A stretch of 49,947 nucleotides of DNA, counting the filler, from Jimgerdemannia flammicorona (Eukaryota), in NCBI GenBank assembly GCA_003990765.1. It is 2 parts of 2 records of this genome, joined end to end, with 100 filler letters (N's around TTAATTAATTAA, not from the genome) between each part and the next. Parts side by side here need not be neighbours in the genome. Positions count along the whole stretch, not along the records: positions 25,026 to 49,947 come from RBNJ01000907.1; 1 more part is not named here. One strand, 5' to 3'. The translations under genes were made by a program, and so were the position numbers. Below the pieces are notes generated by a model. The model searched no databases and was not told the DNA's origin. It saw nothing but the letters and a program-made list of their open reading frames with translations. How positions within the stretch are numbered: the stretch's first letter is position 1; each line of letters begins with the position of its first letter. This document shows, one piece after another, positions 38,163-49,300 of the stretch.

Positions 38163-41100
38163 TCAATGAGTTTCTTTTTGCTCAAACTCTTGGATGAGGT
38201 CTTGAGAGTTCTTGAGATTAGTGGCAGGTTCCCAGGTAGCATTATATTCAGGGTAACACATCTACTTGACTAGATATTCTGTGTGACAGTACTAGACTTA
38301 TTTGTCTAAGATTTTCTCAACTTTATACTTGATGTGGTCTTCAACTATCACTGGTGCTGATGGTGTCAGAATTCAGCCAGGGTATGGAGGTAACTAGTTC
38401 CAGACCTTGAGTTGTAACATATGGAATACTGGGTATATATGCATGGTTGTTGGCAAGTTGAGGCAGTAAGACCAGGTGGAGACTTGCTCGGTAATCTCAA
38501 AGGGTCTAAGGTACTTGGGCTGGAATTTGGCTAACTGGCAGTTGACTTGAGATTGAGCCTTAATGTTGTCAGCTTTAAGTAGAACTATATCACCAATGTT
38601 GTATATGACATTTTACTGCTTCTTATCTGCATACTTAGCTTGATATTGCTGAGCCTTTTGTAGGTTTTTAGTAGTGATCTTGAGAAGGGAATTCATTTTG
38701 TTGATAAGGTTCTGGGCTGTGGGGACTTGTGTGTGACTGGATTGCTAAAATGGAACTAGGCTTGCAGGGGTCTCAGGGTTTTGACCATGAAGTAGCTGGA
38801 ATGGGGAAAGGCCAGTTGATGATTGAGTGGCATTATTGTAAGCAAACTCAGTATAGGTCAGATAGTGGTCCCAATCATCTTGCTCATAAGACACATAGTT
38901 TCTGAGCATTTGTTTAAGTATTCTGTTCATTCGCTCAGTCTGTCCATCAGTTTGAGGGTAGAAGGTAGTAGATATAGCAATTTGGGTTCCAAGGGTCTTG
39001 AAGAGTACTTGCCAGAAGTGGCTTATGAACTTGGGGTCATGGTCACTGATAATTACTCAGAGAAGTCTATAATGGCAGAAGACAGTCTTGAAGAAGATTC
39101 TTGCAATTTCTGGGGTAGTGACATTAGTTATGGTTAGCTCAGCAATTGTAATCTTGGTGAGATGGTCCACAAATACAACAATAGCATCATAGCCTGTTTT
39201 GGTTTATAGGAGTTGCACAATGAAGTCTATTGTGACTTGTTCAAACTTCTTGGTTGAAATTGGCAAGGGTTGTAGAAGACTGGTGGGTGCTTGGTTACTT
39301 GACTTGTTTCTTTGGTAAAGATCACAGCTTTGGACATACTCTTTGATTTCTTTGAGCATGTTTGGCTAGTAGTAGTCTTGTTGGATATTCTTGATAGTCT
39401 TCTCAGTTCCAAGGTGACCAGCTAGTGGGAAGTCATGATGTTCATGAAGAATCTTATACCATAGTTTAGGGTTGGCAGGAATATATACTTTGTCTTGATA
39501 GTATACAAGGTTGTCCTTGATGGTGTACTTTTTCTTGAATTTCTTGGTGTTCCTTTGTGGAACCAGAGAGACTTGTTCATATGCCTTCTTGATCTGATTG
39601 AAGAATTCAGGTGCCATGGTGACTTGTAAAATTGCAGCAAGATCAGGTCTCCTTGAAAGTGCATCTGGTACAACTAGAGTTTTACCAGGCTTGTAGATGA
39701 TGTTTGGGGTAAAGGTCTGAAGTAGTTGACTCCACTTGGCTTGTTGGTGAGAAAGGGTTGGTTGAGTGTTGATATACTGAAGAGACCTGTGATTGGTGAT
39801 CACATCAAACTCAACTCCTTCTAGGTAGTATTGCTAAGTCTTGAGGACATGCATGATTGCCAAGAGTTCCTTTTCATGAGTAGCCAGCTTTTGTTCTACA
39901 GGGGACAATTTTCTTGACTCAAAGGCAATAGGTTGGTGTCCTTGACCATCATCTTGAGAAATGACTGCACTAATGGTAAAGTTAGATGCATCTGTAGTAA
40001 CTATGAACTTCAAGTTTGGGTCCATATTTCTAAGGACAGGTGTATGGGTCAGGCAGTTCTTGAGTTCTTGAAAAGCTTGTTGACAGAAAGCATCTCAGAT
40101 GTAGGGGACATAGAGGTCAGAGTTGGGTTCCTTTTGCAGGAGGTTTGTCAAAGATTCTGCAATATCAGAGAAGTTCTTGACAAATCAATGGTAGTATCCA
40201 GCCAGACCAAGGAAGGACCTAAGTTCAGTGAGATTTGCTGGTACAGACCACTGTTCGATGGCTTGTATTTTCCTTGGGTCTACTTGAATTCCTTTGGCTG
40301 ATACAATGTATCCAAGGTATTCAACTTAATCCTTGAAAAATTCACATTTCTTGAGCTTTGCATAGAGCTTGTTCTCATGGAGGATCTTGAGGACTTGTTC
40401 AGTATACTTGAGATGTTCTTTTTCAGTACTATTGAAGATCAGGATATCATCAATGTATACAAGTACAAAGATATAGAGCTGATCCTTGAAGACAGTTTGC
40501 ATGAGGTCTTGAAAAGTTGCTGGTACATTAGTGAGACCAAAGGCCATGACTAGAAATTCATAGAGTCTGAAGGGTGTTATGAAGGCAGTCTTGGGTATGT
40601 CTTCTGGCTTGATTCGAATTTGGTGATACCCAGAGGTGAGATCAATCTTGGTGAAGTACTTTGCATTTTTGAGAGCATCAAATATTTGGTCTATGAGCAG
40701 TAGTGGATAATAATTCTTGGCTGTAATCTTGTTGAGTACTTGGTAGTCTATGTACATTCGCAGAGTATCATCCTTTTTCTTGACAAATAGGACTGGGGAC
40801 CCAAAGGGTGACTTGCTTGGCTGAATGGCTTCTCACTCAATGAGTTCATTGAGTTCCTTCTTGACTGCTTCAATTTTGAGTGAAGATATGCAGTATATTT
40901 TCTTCTTAGGTATAGCTGCATCAGGTACCAACTTGATTTTGTGGTCATGGTCTCTTGAAGGTGGTAGACCAGGTAGTTTGTCTGGGAAGACATCCTTGTA
41001 CTTGTTCAGCAGTAACTTGATGCTTTCACTAATTGATAGCTTCTTATCTTCTTTCTTTGGTCAGATCAGTGCTACAAAGGCACAGGTAGCTTTCTTGAGA

Positions 41101-42998
41101 GCCTTCTTGAACTGAATTGCCAAAAGGGTGGCAATTGGGGTTCTCGTCTGAGTCTTGTCTGGCTTGATGGTAATGTTGGCTCCATCCTGAATCAGGGTGA
41201 CTTCATTCTTGGTCCAATCAATCTGTGGATTATATTATATAAGCCAGGGTTTGTCTAGGATCAGATCATGGTCTCCTAGTGGTGCTACCTTGAAATCTAA
41301 ACATTTCCAGTACTTCTGGATCTTGAGAGGGAGTTTAGTGGCAATTGAGTCAATTGGTAAGGTGGTGCCATCTGCAGTGACAACTCCACCATTCTTGTCA
41401 GCTGGTTTGGTGAGAATCTTGAGCTTATTGATGAGGTTCTTGTTGATGAAGTTCCCAACAGCTCCACTGTCTATGAGAACATCTAGTTCTTGTCCCTTGA
41501 CTAGACCTTTGAAAATGAGCATTGAATTGGCTCAGTTCTTGGCTATGCTTACAACTTTATCAGTGCTGCCAAAGCCTTTCTGATCTCACTTGGTTGGAGA
41601 TAGCTTGGTGACTTCCTTGATGACTGGTAGGGTGGCTCACTCCAGAATGAGCTGTGTAATTCTGTCACCTTCATTGATAGTATATGGTTGGTTCTTGTGG
41701 TTGACTAGCAGGACTTGCATTTCACCTTAGAAGTCAGGGTCAATGACTCCAGCACCAATATTCAATGAGTGCTTGAAACTGAGGCCAGATCTTGGTGCAA
41801 TTCTTGCATAATGTTCCTTGGGGATTTCGACTGAAAGGCCAGTTAGAATGAGCCTTCTTTCATGTGCAGGAATAGTGACTTGTTGTACTGCTTGAAGGTC
41901 CAAACCAATGGCTCCTTCTGACTGTGCTTGAGGGATCTGGGCTTTGGGGTTGACTTGTATGAAATTGAGTACAACTTCTTGTTCAACTGGTTGACCTTAA
42001 GTGTCTTTGGATAAGACCAGAATCCTCTTTGGTTTGGTAGTTTTCTTGGGACATTTGGTTGCAATGTGACCAGGCTGATGGCAAAAGAAGCAGACTCCAG
42101 CCTTCTTGAGGTGCTCCTTTTCCTCAGATATAAGCTTGCCTTTCTTACTCTTATTGATAGTATCTAGGTCCATGGGGGCAGGTCCAACAGTTCTGACTTT
42201 GGGTTCCTCCCTTTTGTGGTTGTTGTTGAAAGGTGGTCTCTTCTGTTCAAAGTGGTGACCATAGGTAATGACATCAAACCTATCAGCAATCTTTATTGTT
42301 GTATCTAGGTCCTTAGATTCTTCTAGTTCAACACAAACTCAGATTTGACCTTTCAGGCCTTGGATGTACTTGTCAACCTTCTTGTCTTCAGTAACATGTA
42401 GTAATTCTAGCAGGATTGACAGGAATTATGCATTGTATGCTTGCACAGACTTGAGTTATTTGACATTTGCCAGATGGTCTCGCACAGCCTTGGTGCTGTT
42501 GACTGGTTTGAATTGGCCTTGAATGACATCAGAGAATTCATTCCAGGTCCTGATCTAGCCAGCAAATCTGGTATTCTGGATATGGTTTCATTACCAGATT
42601 GCAGCATTCCCTCAGAGGAGTGTGGCAGTAAATTGGACTAGTGTTGCTTCTTCCAAATTAGTCAGTTCTCCATATTGCTCCAATTGGAAAAGCCCGGCAT
42701 CAGTAGACAGTCCTCCTCTTTGACCATCAAAAGTGTCAGACTTCTGAGGCTTAATAGTAACTGCTGTTGGATGTATTGATATCAGTGGAGGTACAGAGGT
42801 ATGTGTAGGGGCCTTGCTTTCCTTTCTTTCTATGCATTTTTGAAGTTAAGAAATCTGAGCTAATGCAGTCTGCAAAAGACTCTTGATGGCCCCAGTTGAC
42901 TGAGTAGGGTTTTACTGTTCCTCTTCTTCTTGTCGATTGTATGAGGCATTGCCTGGACCATAGATACTGTATGAAGGGTTCCACTTGTTGTCCTCCAT
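38163..42998 (-). pseudogene. Single-frame gag-dUTPase-PR-RT-RNase H-integrase-chromodomain polyprotein (~1611 codons, many premature stops)
   Basis: ATG 42998 and the ORF fragments starting at 41522, 40757, 40025, 39803 and 38930 all share one frame. Motifs LIDSGA, YIDD, TDAS, GHLG, QDDWD and chromodomain YKVEKILD..YLVK*..Y...ATWEP..NL (~38190-38335). Confidence 0.93.
41562..41970 (-). pseudogene. dut: dUTPase domain of Gypsy A2
   Basis: Motifs AIGLDL, RIAPRSGL, GAGVIDPDF*G, GDRITQL and *DQKGFGST. Confidence 0.92.
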
Positions 42999-43052
42999 AG
43001 TATTATAACTGATATCTTGAGAGGTGTCTTAATAAGGCTAGGTATAACTTAA

Positions 43053-43064
43053 CCACTGCTACCA
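43053..43064 (-). promoter_or_regulatory. Primer-binding site TGGTAGCAGTGG of Gypsy A2
   Basis: Lies 2 nt downstream of the 5' LTR on the minus strand. Confidence 0.8.
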
Positions 43065-43066
43065 AG

Positions 43067-43470
43067 TGTAATGGTTCTAGTTTCTAAATGAGGAAGTGAC
43101 TAGTTCTAGTGGTTCTAAGTAGCTCAAAGAGATACTCAGGGATTTAAGTATTCTTGAAGGATTTCTGAGAGAAGATATTCTGAGACTTTATTTATGAGAA
43201 CAAAGGGGATATTTATACAAAATCTGAAAAAAGGATCTGGAAAGATCTGAGAAATCAAAGGAAAATGCCAAGAGGAAAGTTCTTGGCAAGGATGACAAAT
43301 GATGACAAATAAAGTTCTATAAGTTTCCAGGATATTCAGTGACTAGCTAAATAAGTACTAGTAGATGCTCAGTGCCAAGAAAGGATTTCTAAGTATTTGG
43401 AAAGTACCAGAAGGTTGTAGAATATTGAGGAAAGATAGGGAAAAAGAATAAACTATGCTAAAATGTTATA
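43067..43470 (-). repeat. 5' LTR of Gypsy A2
   Basis: 404 bp, aligning without gaps to 37446-37849. Confidence 0.96.
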
Positions 43471-44299
43471 TATATAAAAAGATAAACTTGTCTTCATAGT
43501 CAAGATAATTAGAGATCTTACTGAGATGATGAAGAATAGCTACCAACAGGACAGTCTCCTGGTGAAATTCCTTCAATTCTGCCAAGATCCAGAGGCCAAG
43601 GTCCTAGAATTCATGAGGCAAATATCCAAAAGATTTACTTACTATAATAGACTTATCTATAGAGACCATGACAGAGTGGTTATATCTAACAATAATACTC
43701 TGCAGCTCAAGATCATGCAGGAACTCTATGACACTCCTGCAGTAGGACACTTTGGCTTTGAGAAGACCTACAATCTCCTCTCAAGAGAGTTCTACTGACC
43801 AAAGATGACCAAGGATATCAAAGATTTTATAGCCTCATGTGAGATATACCAAAGGTTCAAAAGTAGTAACAAACTACCTGCAGGACTTCTGCAACCCCTG
43901 CCTATTCCAAGTCACAACTAGAATCAGATTGCAATGGACTTTATTATCTAGCTCTCCAAGACCAAAGCAGGATGAGACACTATTGTAGTATTTGTAGACC
44001 ACCTAAGCAAATAAGCCTATTTTGCATCTACCAAGACCACTGCTACAATACCAGAGATTGCTGAGATCTTCCTCAACCAAGTATTCAAGCTATATAATAT
44101 ATTAAGTACCATTATATCTGACCAGGATGTGAAGTTTACAAGTAACTTCTGGAAGGCATTCTTCTCCCTCCATAGAACCAAGCTGAAGTTCTCTACTGCC
44201 TACTACTTCCAGACTGATGGTCAGACTAAGTAAACCAATAGAATCCTCAAGTAGATACTTAGTATCTTCTGCTGTTACAAGTAGAATAATTGGGACCCC
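43471..44299 (+). mobile_element. Gypsy B segment 3: integrase zinc-binding and core domains (cut by LINE copy 6)
   Basis: GHFGFEKTY, SCEIYQ, GLLQPLPIP, IAMDFI, VFVDHLSK, IISDQD, QTDGQT and NNWD. Confidence 0.88.
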
Positions 44300-44378
44300 T
44301 TTTCACCGGTAACATTCAGGTGACACAAGATTTGGACAACACTTTCTGCGAAGTTTTTGGTGAAAAGCTACTATCAAC

Positions 44379-46298
44379 ATGGTGAGCAACGAGCATACTG
44401 GTGGGCATGGTGGCCAGGGGGGCAGCGGTGCCTTCGGCTGGCAGCAGGTCGGGAGGAAACGAGGAGATGGTCTGGGGATGCCAGGGCCATCAGTGGTTGG
44501 AGGTGGCGCTGGGGGTGGAGGAAGAGGTGGACTGAGGCAGCGAGGTGGAGGGAGGATGACCTTTGCTGACAAGGTCAGGATGGGGAAGATGGCAGCGGGG
44601 CTGGATGGCTGGTTGGGTCTGGGGAAGACAGTGCCGGGTTCAGGTGGCAAACAGGGAGGACCCCTCATGGGAGCATCAGTCGGTATGGGGGGAGTGGGAG
44701 TAGGGGTTGGAGATGTGACTGCTGATGGGGCTGTGACGGGGAATCTGGAAAAAAATCCAGATGTGATGGGGGTTGGCGGATCAGGACAGAAGGAGGGCAC
44801 GAGGCCCGGGGACCTGGCTGATGGCGTGACGGGCATGGCGTCAGCACCGTTACTCAAAAAGTCGAGGTCAGAATTCGCTGTCACGTTGTGTTTCCGAGGC
44901 TTAGCAGTGACTGCGAGGATGATTCTGGGGCTGGTGGTGCAGGAGGTGAAGGGAGTGGCTATGGTCAAGTTCCTGAAGGGGAAGGAAGGAATTGAGGTTG
45001 GGTTCGAAGAAGAGGTGTTGATGCTGGAGGCTGTGGAGAAAGGGGTAGTAGTAGGCGGAGTGGTAGTCCCTATGGCGAGGTGCATGTGCTGGGACCCACA
45101 AGTGGTACAGCTGACGGTGCTGGATCTTCCTACGGTATCATGGGAGAAGGCCAGAGAGTTGATTGTGGAGGTGGTCAAGGAATATGGGGAAATTATCGAT
45201 ATTGGGTTCAAAGTCTGGGAGGGTACGGAACTTCGGACTGGTGATGTTGACATAAGGGTATGCTTGTTTGGTCGGGAGAACACAGGGAAGGCGAGGGACT
45301 GGCCGGCGACGCTTAAGTGGGGTCCGGTTGAGTGCAGGGTCTCCCAGGTGAAAGGGACACTAGAGGAAGAGGAGGATTTGCTGGAGGCTCTGGAGGATCT
45401 GTCAGGAGCTGTCGAGAGGAGATGATTGGCTTGGAAGGAGTATGAGGCCAAGACGGTGGTGGAAATTGTGGAAGGGAAGAAGGTCAGGATGGATCGAGGG
45501 ACCTGGGAGAAGATGCAGGGAAGGCGGATTCAGAAGGAGCTGCTGGAGAAATTGGGAGGGGGCATGGGGGGAAGGGGAGAGGGGGGAGGTGGTGTTGGAT
45601 CAAGAGAAAGCGACTGGGCTGGGGAGCCCAGAGCAGTTCAAGGGGTGGCCCAAGGGGTCCGTGGTGAGGAAAGACAGAGCGGCTTGGTGGAAGGCGCTGA
45701 AATGAGCGTAGAAGTACAGACACAGTATGGGGTCCCAGGAGGAGCCAGAGGTGAGGAGGAACTTCTTGACGTCCTGGAGGAGGAGTGGGATGAGTCGGGG
45801 AGGAGGATTGCATTGGAGGACCTGGTGGTTGAGGTGGGAGGGAACACTCAGGGCGTTGAGGCGGAGGTGGATGAGGAGAAGTGGTTGTGGAAGATGCTAG
45901 AAGGGGTGGCAGCGGAGGAACTGAGAGGGGAGGACTTCCGGGTAATGAGTGATAGGCACTGAGAGGAAATTCTGCGTGGTGAGGAGGTGCCGAAGAAGGT
46001 CAGGAACGAAATTCTGGCAGTGCTCCTGGAGTCGGTGGAGTATCAAGTCGATGATAAGAGGGAGGATGAACTTCGAGTGATTGCGAACGATCGAGCAGCA
46101 TACTTGTGGACCTCGAAGAAAGGGCTGGAGAAGTGGGGAGTAGTGTGCAAGGAGTATCAGACAGAAATGGAGGTGGTTGATGGGGTAGAGTGTCAGGAAA
46201 TCTTGGAGGCACTGGATGTGCAAGAGGAGATGGAGGATGAGTTGGAGGCCGCGAGGCGCCTGGATCTGGAGGGGGACAGGAGGAGCATGGAATTCTAG
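44379..46298 (+). pseudogene. LINE copy 6 ORF1 (~640 codons, two in-frame TGA)
   Basis: 44379-45425, 45426-45962 and 45987-46298 are in one frame. Confidence 0.88.
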
Positions 46299-46329
46299 AT
46301 TGCGTTATCTTTACCAAACGTTATTCAAT

Positions 46330-49300
46330 ATGAACAGTACAACTAGAATCTTTTCTTTGAACGTCAATGGGCTAAGGGGGGCATCACGGCGTAGAAATAT
46401 CTTTGGCTGGTTGAAGGGTCTGGAGGCAGATCTCTTCCTTTTGCAGGATGTACAGTATGAGTCGGATGTGGACCTACTGGACTGGACACGGGAATGGGGT
46501 GGGGCGGCGATATGGACTGGGCAGGTGGGCATCTTGGTTAGAAAAGGGATGGGGGACATTGGGGACATTGGACATTGGGGGAGTAGGCTGGTATGGGGAG
46601 TGTGGAGGAGGCCTGGCTGGAACTCTTTGACTGTTGGGTCGTGCTATTGCCCAGCTGAGAGAGGGGAACACATTGATTGGATCAGGGACTTGCAAGAGGC
46701 AGGGATCTTGGGGAAGGTTGGGATAGATTGCCTGGGGGGTGACTTTAATATGGTGCATGATAAGGAGGTGGATAGGACAGATGGGGGGAGAGGACTGCAG
46801 GGTAAAAGTGGAGGGCTGGAGAATTGGAAGGAGGTGGAAAGGTTGAGTTCTTTGGTGGACTCGGGACGACAGCTCTGGGGTGGTCGCCGAATCTATACAC
46901 ACTGGGTGGCAGGACTAGGATCCAGGATCGACTGGGCGCTAATGGCGGAGTGCTGGGGAGTGGATGTGTGGACCTCACTGGAGGTGGTTTGGTGCCCATG
47001 GTCTGACCACTGGGGACTGATAGGGAGTGGAAGATTTGGGGGAAGTGGGGATGGGCCAGGACATTGGCGGCTCAACTCGTCCTTATTGGAGGATGGCTCT
47101 CTATGGACTGATTGGGAGGTGGAGGCTACCGGGAAGATTGTCAGATGGCGGGAGCAGGGATTGGATATTGGAGACCGATGGTGGAGGTTGAAGTCGAGTG
47201 CCCAGCGGTTCTGGAGGGAAGCAGGGAAAGGGAAGAGTACACAATGGCGGCGGCGTATACAATGGGCTTCACATAGATTGGTGTCACTTTTGGAGAAATG
47301 GGCAGGGTTGATTGAGGGTGAAGGAGTGGCAGATTGGCGAATTCTGCGGATAAAGAAGGAAATTGAAGAGCTGAAGGAGGTGCTACGGAGGGAGGAAGAG
47401 GATCAGATGGATGGAATGGTGGCGAGACTACGGTGGCAAGGGTTGGAGGAGGGGGAGCATCCTACTAAATTTCTCTCCTGGCTGCTTCAAGCACGAAGGA
47501 CCAGGCAGTGGTGGGATAGTATCTTGGATGAGGATGGGGAGATGGTGGTGGGTACGCCAGACATTCTGGGATTGCTGCGTAACCGTTGGGGATGTTTGTG
47601 GAGCGAGGAGGATGGGGGTGAGGATGCACTGACCATTGAATGGCAGTTGGAGGACTGGAATCCGGACCCGGCTCTGGGACTGGGGACACTGGGGGAACCA
47701 GTTCAAGGAGAGGAGGTGTGTAAAGTCCTGGCCGCAATGAGTAAAGGAACTGCGCCAGGAGAGGATGGGCTTCCCTGGGACTTTTGGAAGAGGATGGTCA
47801 AGGTGGAAGGGGTCTTGGAGGAGATGACTGCAATGTGTGATGAAGTTATTCGATCTGGTGTCTGGATTGGGGGTCAGCGCCTCGGCCTGATCTCCCTGCT
47901 CTTCAAGGATAAGGGGAGGAGGGAGGATTGGAAGAATTGGCGACCGATCATGCTCCTTGACATGGACTGCAAGTTGGTGACAAAGGTCCTGGTGAATAGA
48001 CTACAGGGGATCGCTCAACACGTACTGGGAGTGGAGCAGCGAGGATTTGTTAGGGGTCGGCTGATCCGTGATGGAACGGCATGGGTCCATGGGGTGATTG
48101 AAGGAGCGCGGGCAGCTGGGGTTGATGGCCGGTTGGTTTTTCTGGATCAGGAGAAGGCATATGACAGAGTGAGGAGGGTCTGGCTGGAAGGTGTACTGAG
48201 GCGCATTGGAATCCTGTTGGATTTTTGGAGGTCACTCATTAGCCTATTGGAGAACAGTCACGCAGCTTTGGTGGTGAACGGACACAGGGGAATGAACTTC
48301 CCATTAGGCCGTGGGGTGCCTCAGGGGGATCCTTTGTCGCCTATCCTATATGCCCTGTCCTTGGAGCCCCTTTTGGACAGGATCCGGCAGCACATAGGGG
48401 GTTTGGACATTTTGGGGATTAACTGGAAGGTGGGAGCCTTCGCGGATGATATGGTGGTTGGTCTGGGTTCATTGGCAGATGTGGAGGAACTGCATAGAAT
48501 GATGGAGTGGTATGAGAGAGGCTCAGGTGCACGGCTCAATTGGCACAAATGTGAAACTATGGTCCTAGGAGGGGGAATAGTTGGCGGCGAAGTCATTGGG
48601 ACAGTGGTCCCTGCTGGAGAACCGGTCCGGTACCTGGGGATATACTTCTCGGTGTATGGGTCTCTCCTGCCTCGTGCATGGTGGGAGCAGCAGCTTATGG
48701 TGTGGGGGAACATTCTCTTGAGGTGGGGTGGCCGGCATATTTCCTTGGCAGGAAGGGTGATGGTGCTGAACATGTATTGGCTGCCAAAGATGTGGTATAT
48801 GGGGTATCATCTGGACTTCCCTGCCTAGGTGGTCAAGCGGCTTCTGAAAATGGCAAGCTCATGGATCTGGGCTGGATGGCGGAGTCAAATTGGCTGGGAT
48901 GTTCTGTCACTACCTGTTGGAAGGGGTGGGCTGGGCTTGGTGGACTTGGCCAAACGTCTACATTGCCTGAGAGCTTGGTGGCTGAAGAGGGCTAGTGAGT
49001 TGCGTGGAAGGGAATGGGTGCCACTTATGCAGAGAGTGTGGGAAGTTCGGTACTCTCCTCGAGGCACAACTGGTGATTTGTTGGCACTGGTGGCTTTGGA
49101 TGGTAGTCGAAAGATGCGCTACCAGGGTTTTTGGTGGGGAGTGGTGGACAGTGCAAGGCGGATAGGTCTTCGATGGAGGGGCGATGAGGGGGAGGAGGAA
49201 TGGGGACCGCAGATGTGGAGATGGGACCGGTTGCTGCTGGGTGGTACTTTGGTGGAGGATTATCAACTTGGCGATGGTATGGAATGTTTGATGGGTCTTG

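Larger units (their letters stand above)
37446..43470 (-). mobile_element. Ty3/Gypsy chromovirus family A, copy 2, structurally complete (6,025 bp)
   Basis: Two 404-bp LTRs, PBS, polypurine tract (PPT) and a 5-bp TSD TATAT (37441-37445 and 43471-43475). Confidence 0.97.

Noticed and set aside
46216..46329. Apparent N-terminal extension of ORF2 overlapping ORF1 in copy 6
   Set aside because: All copies share the MNSTT start (46330); the upstream in-frame stretch is not conserved.
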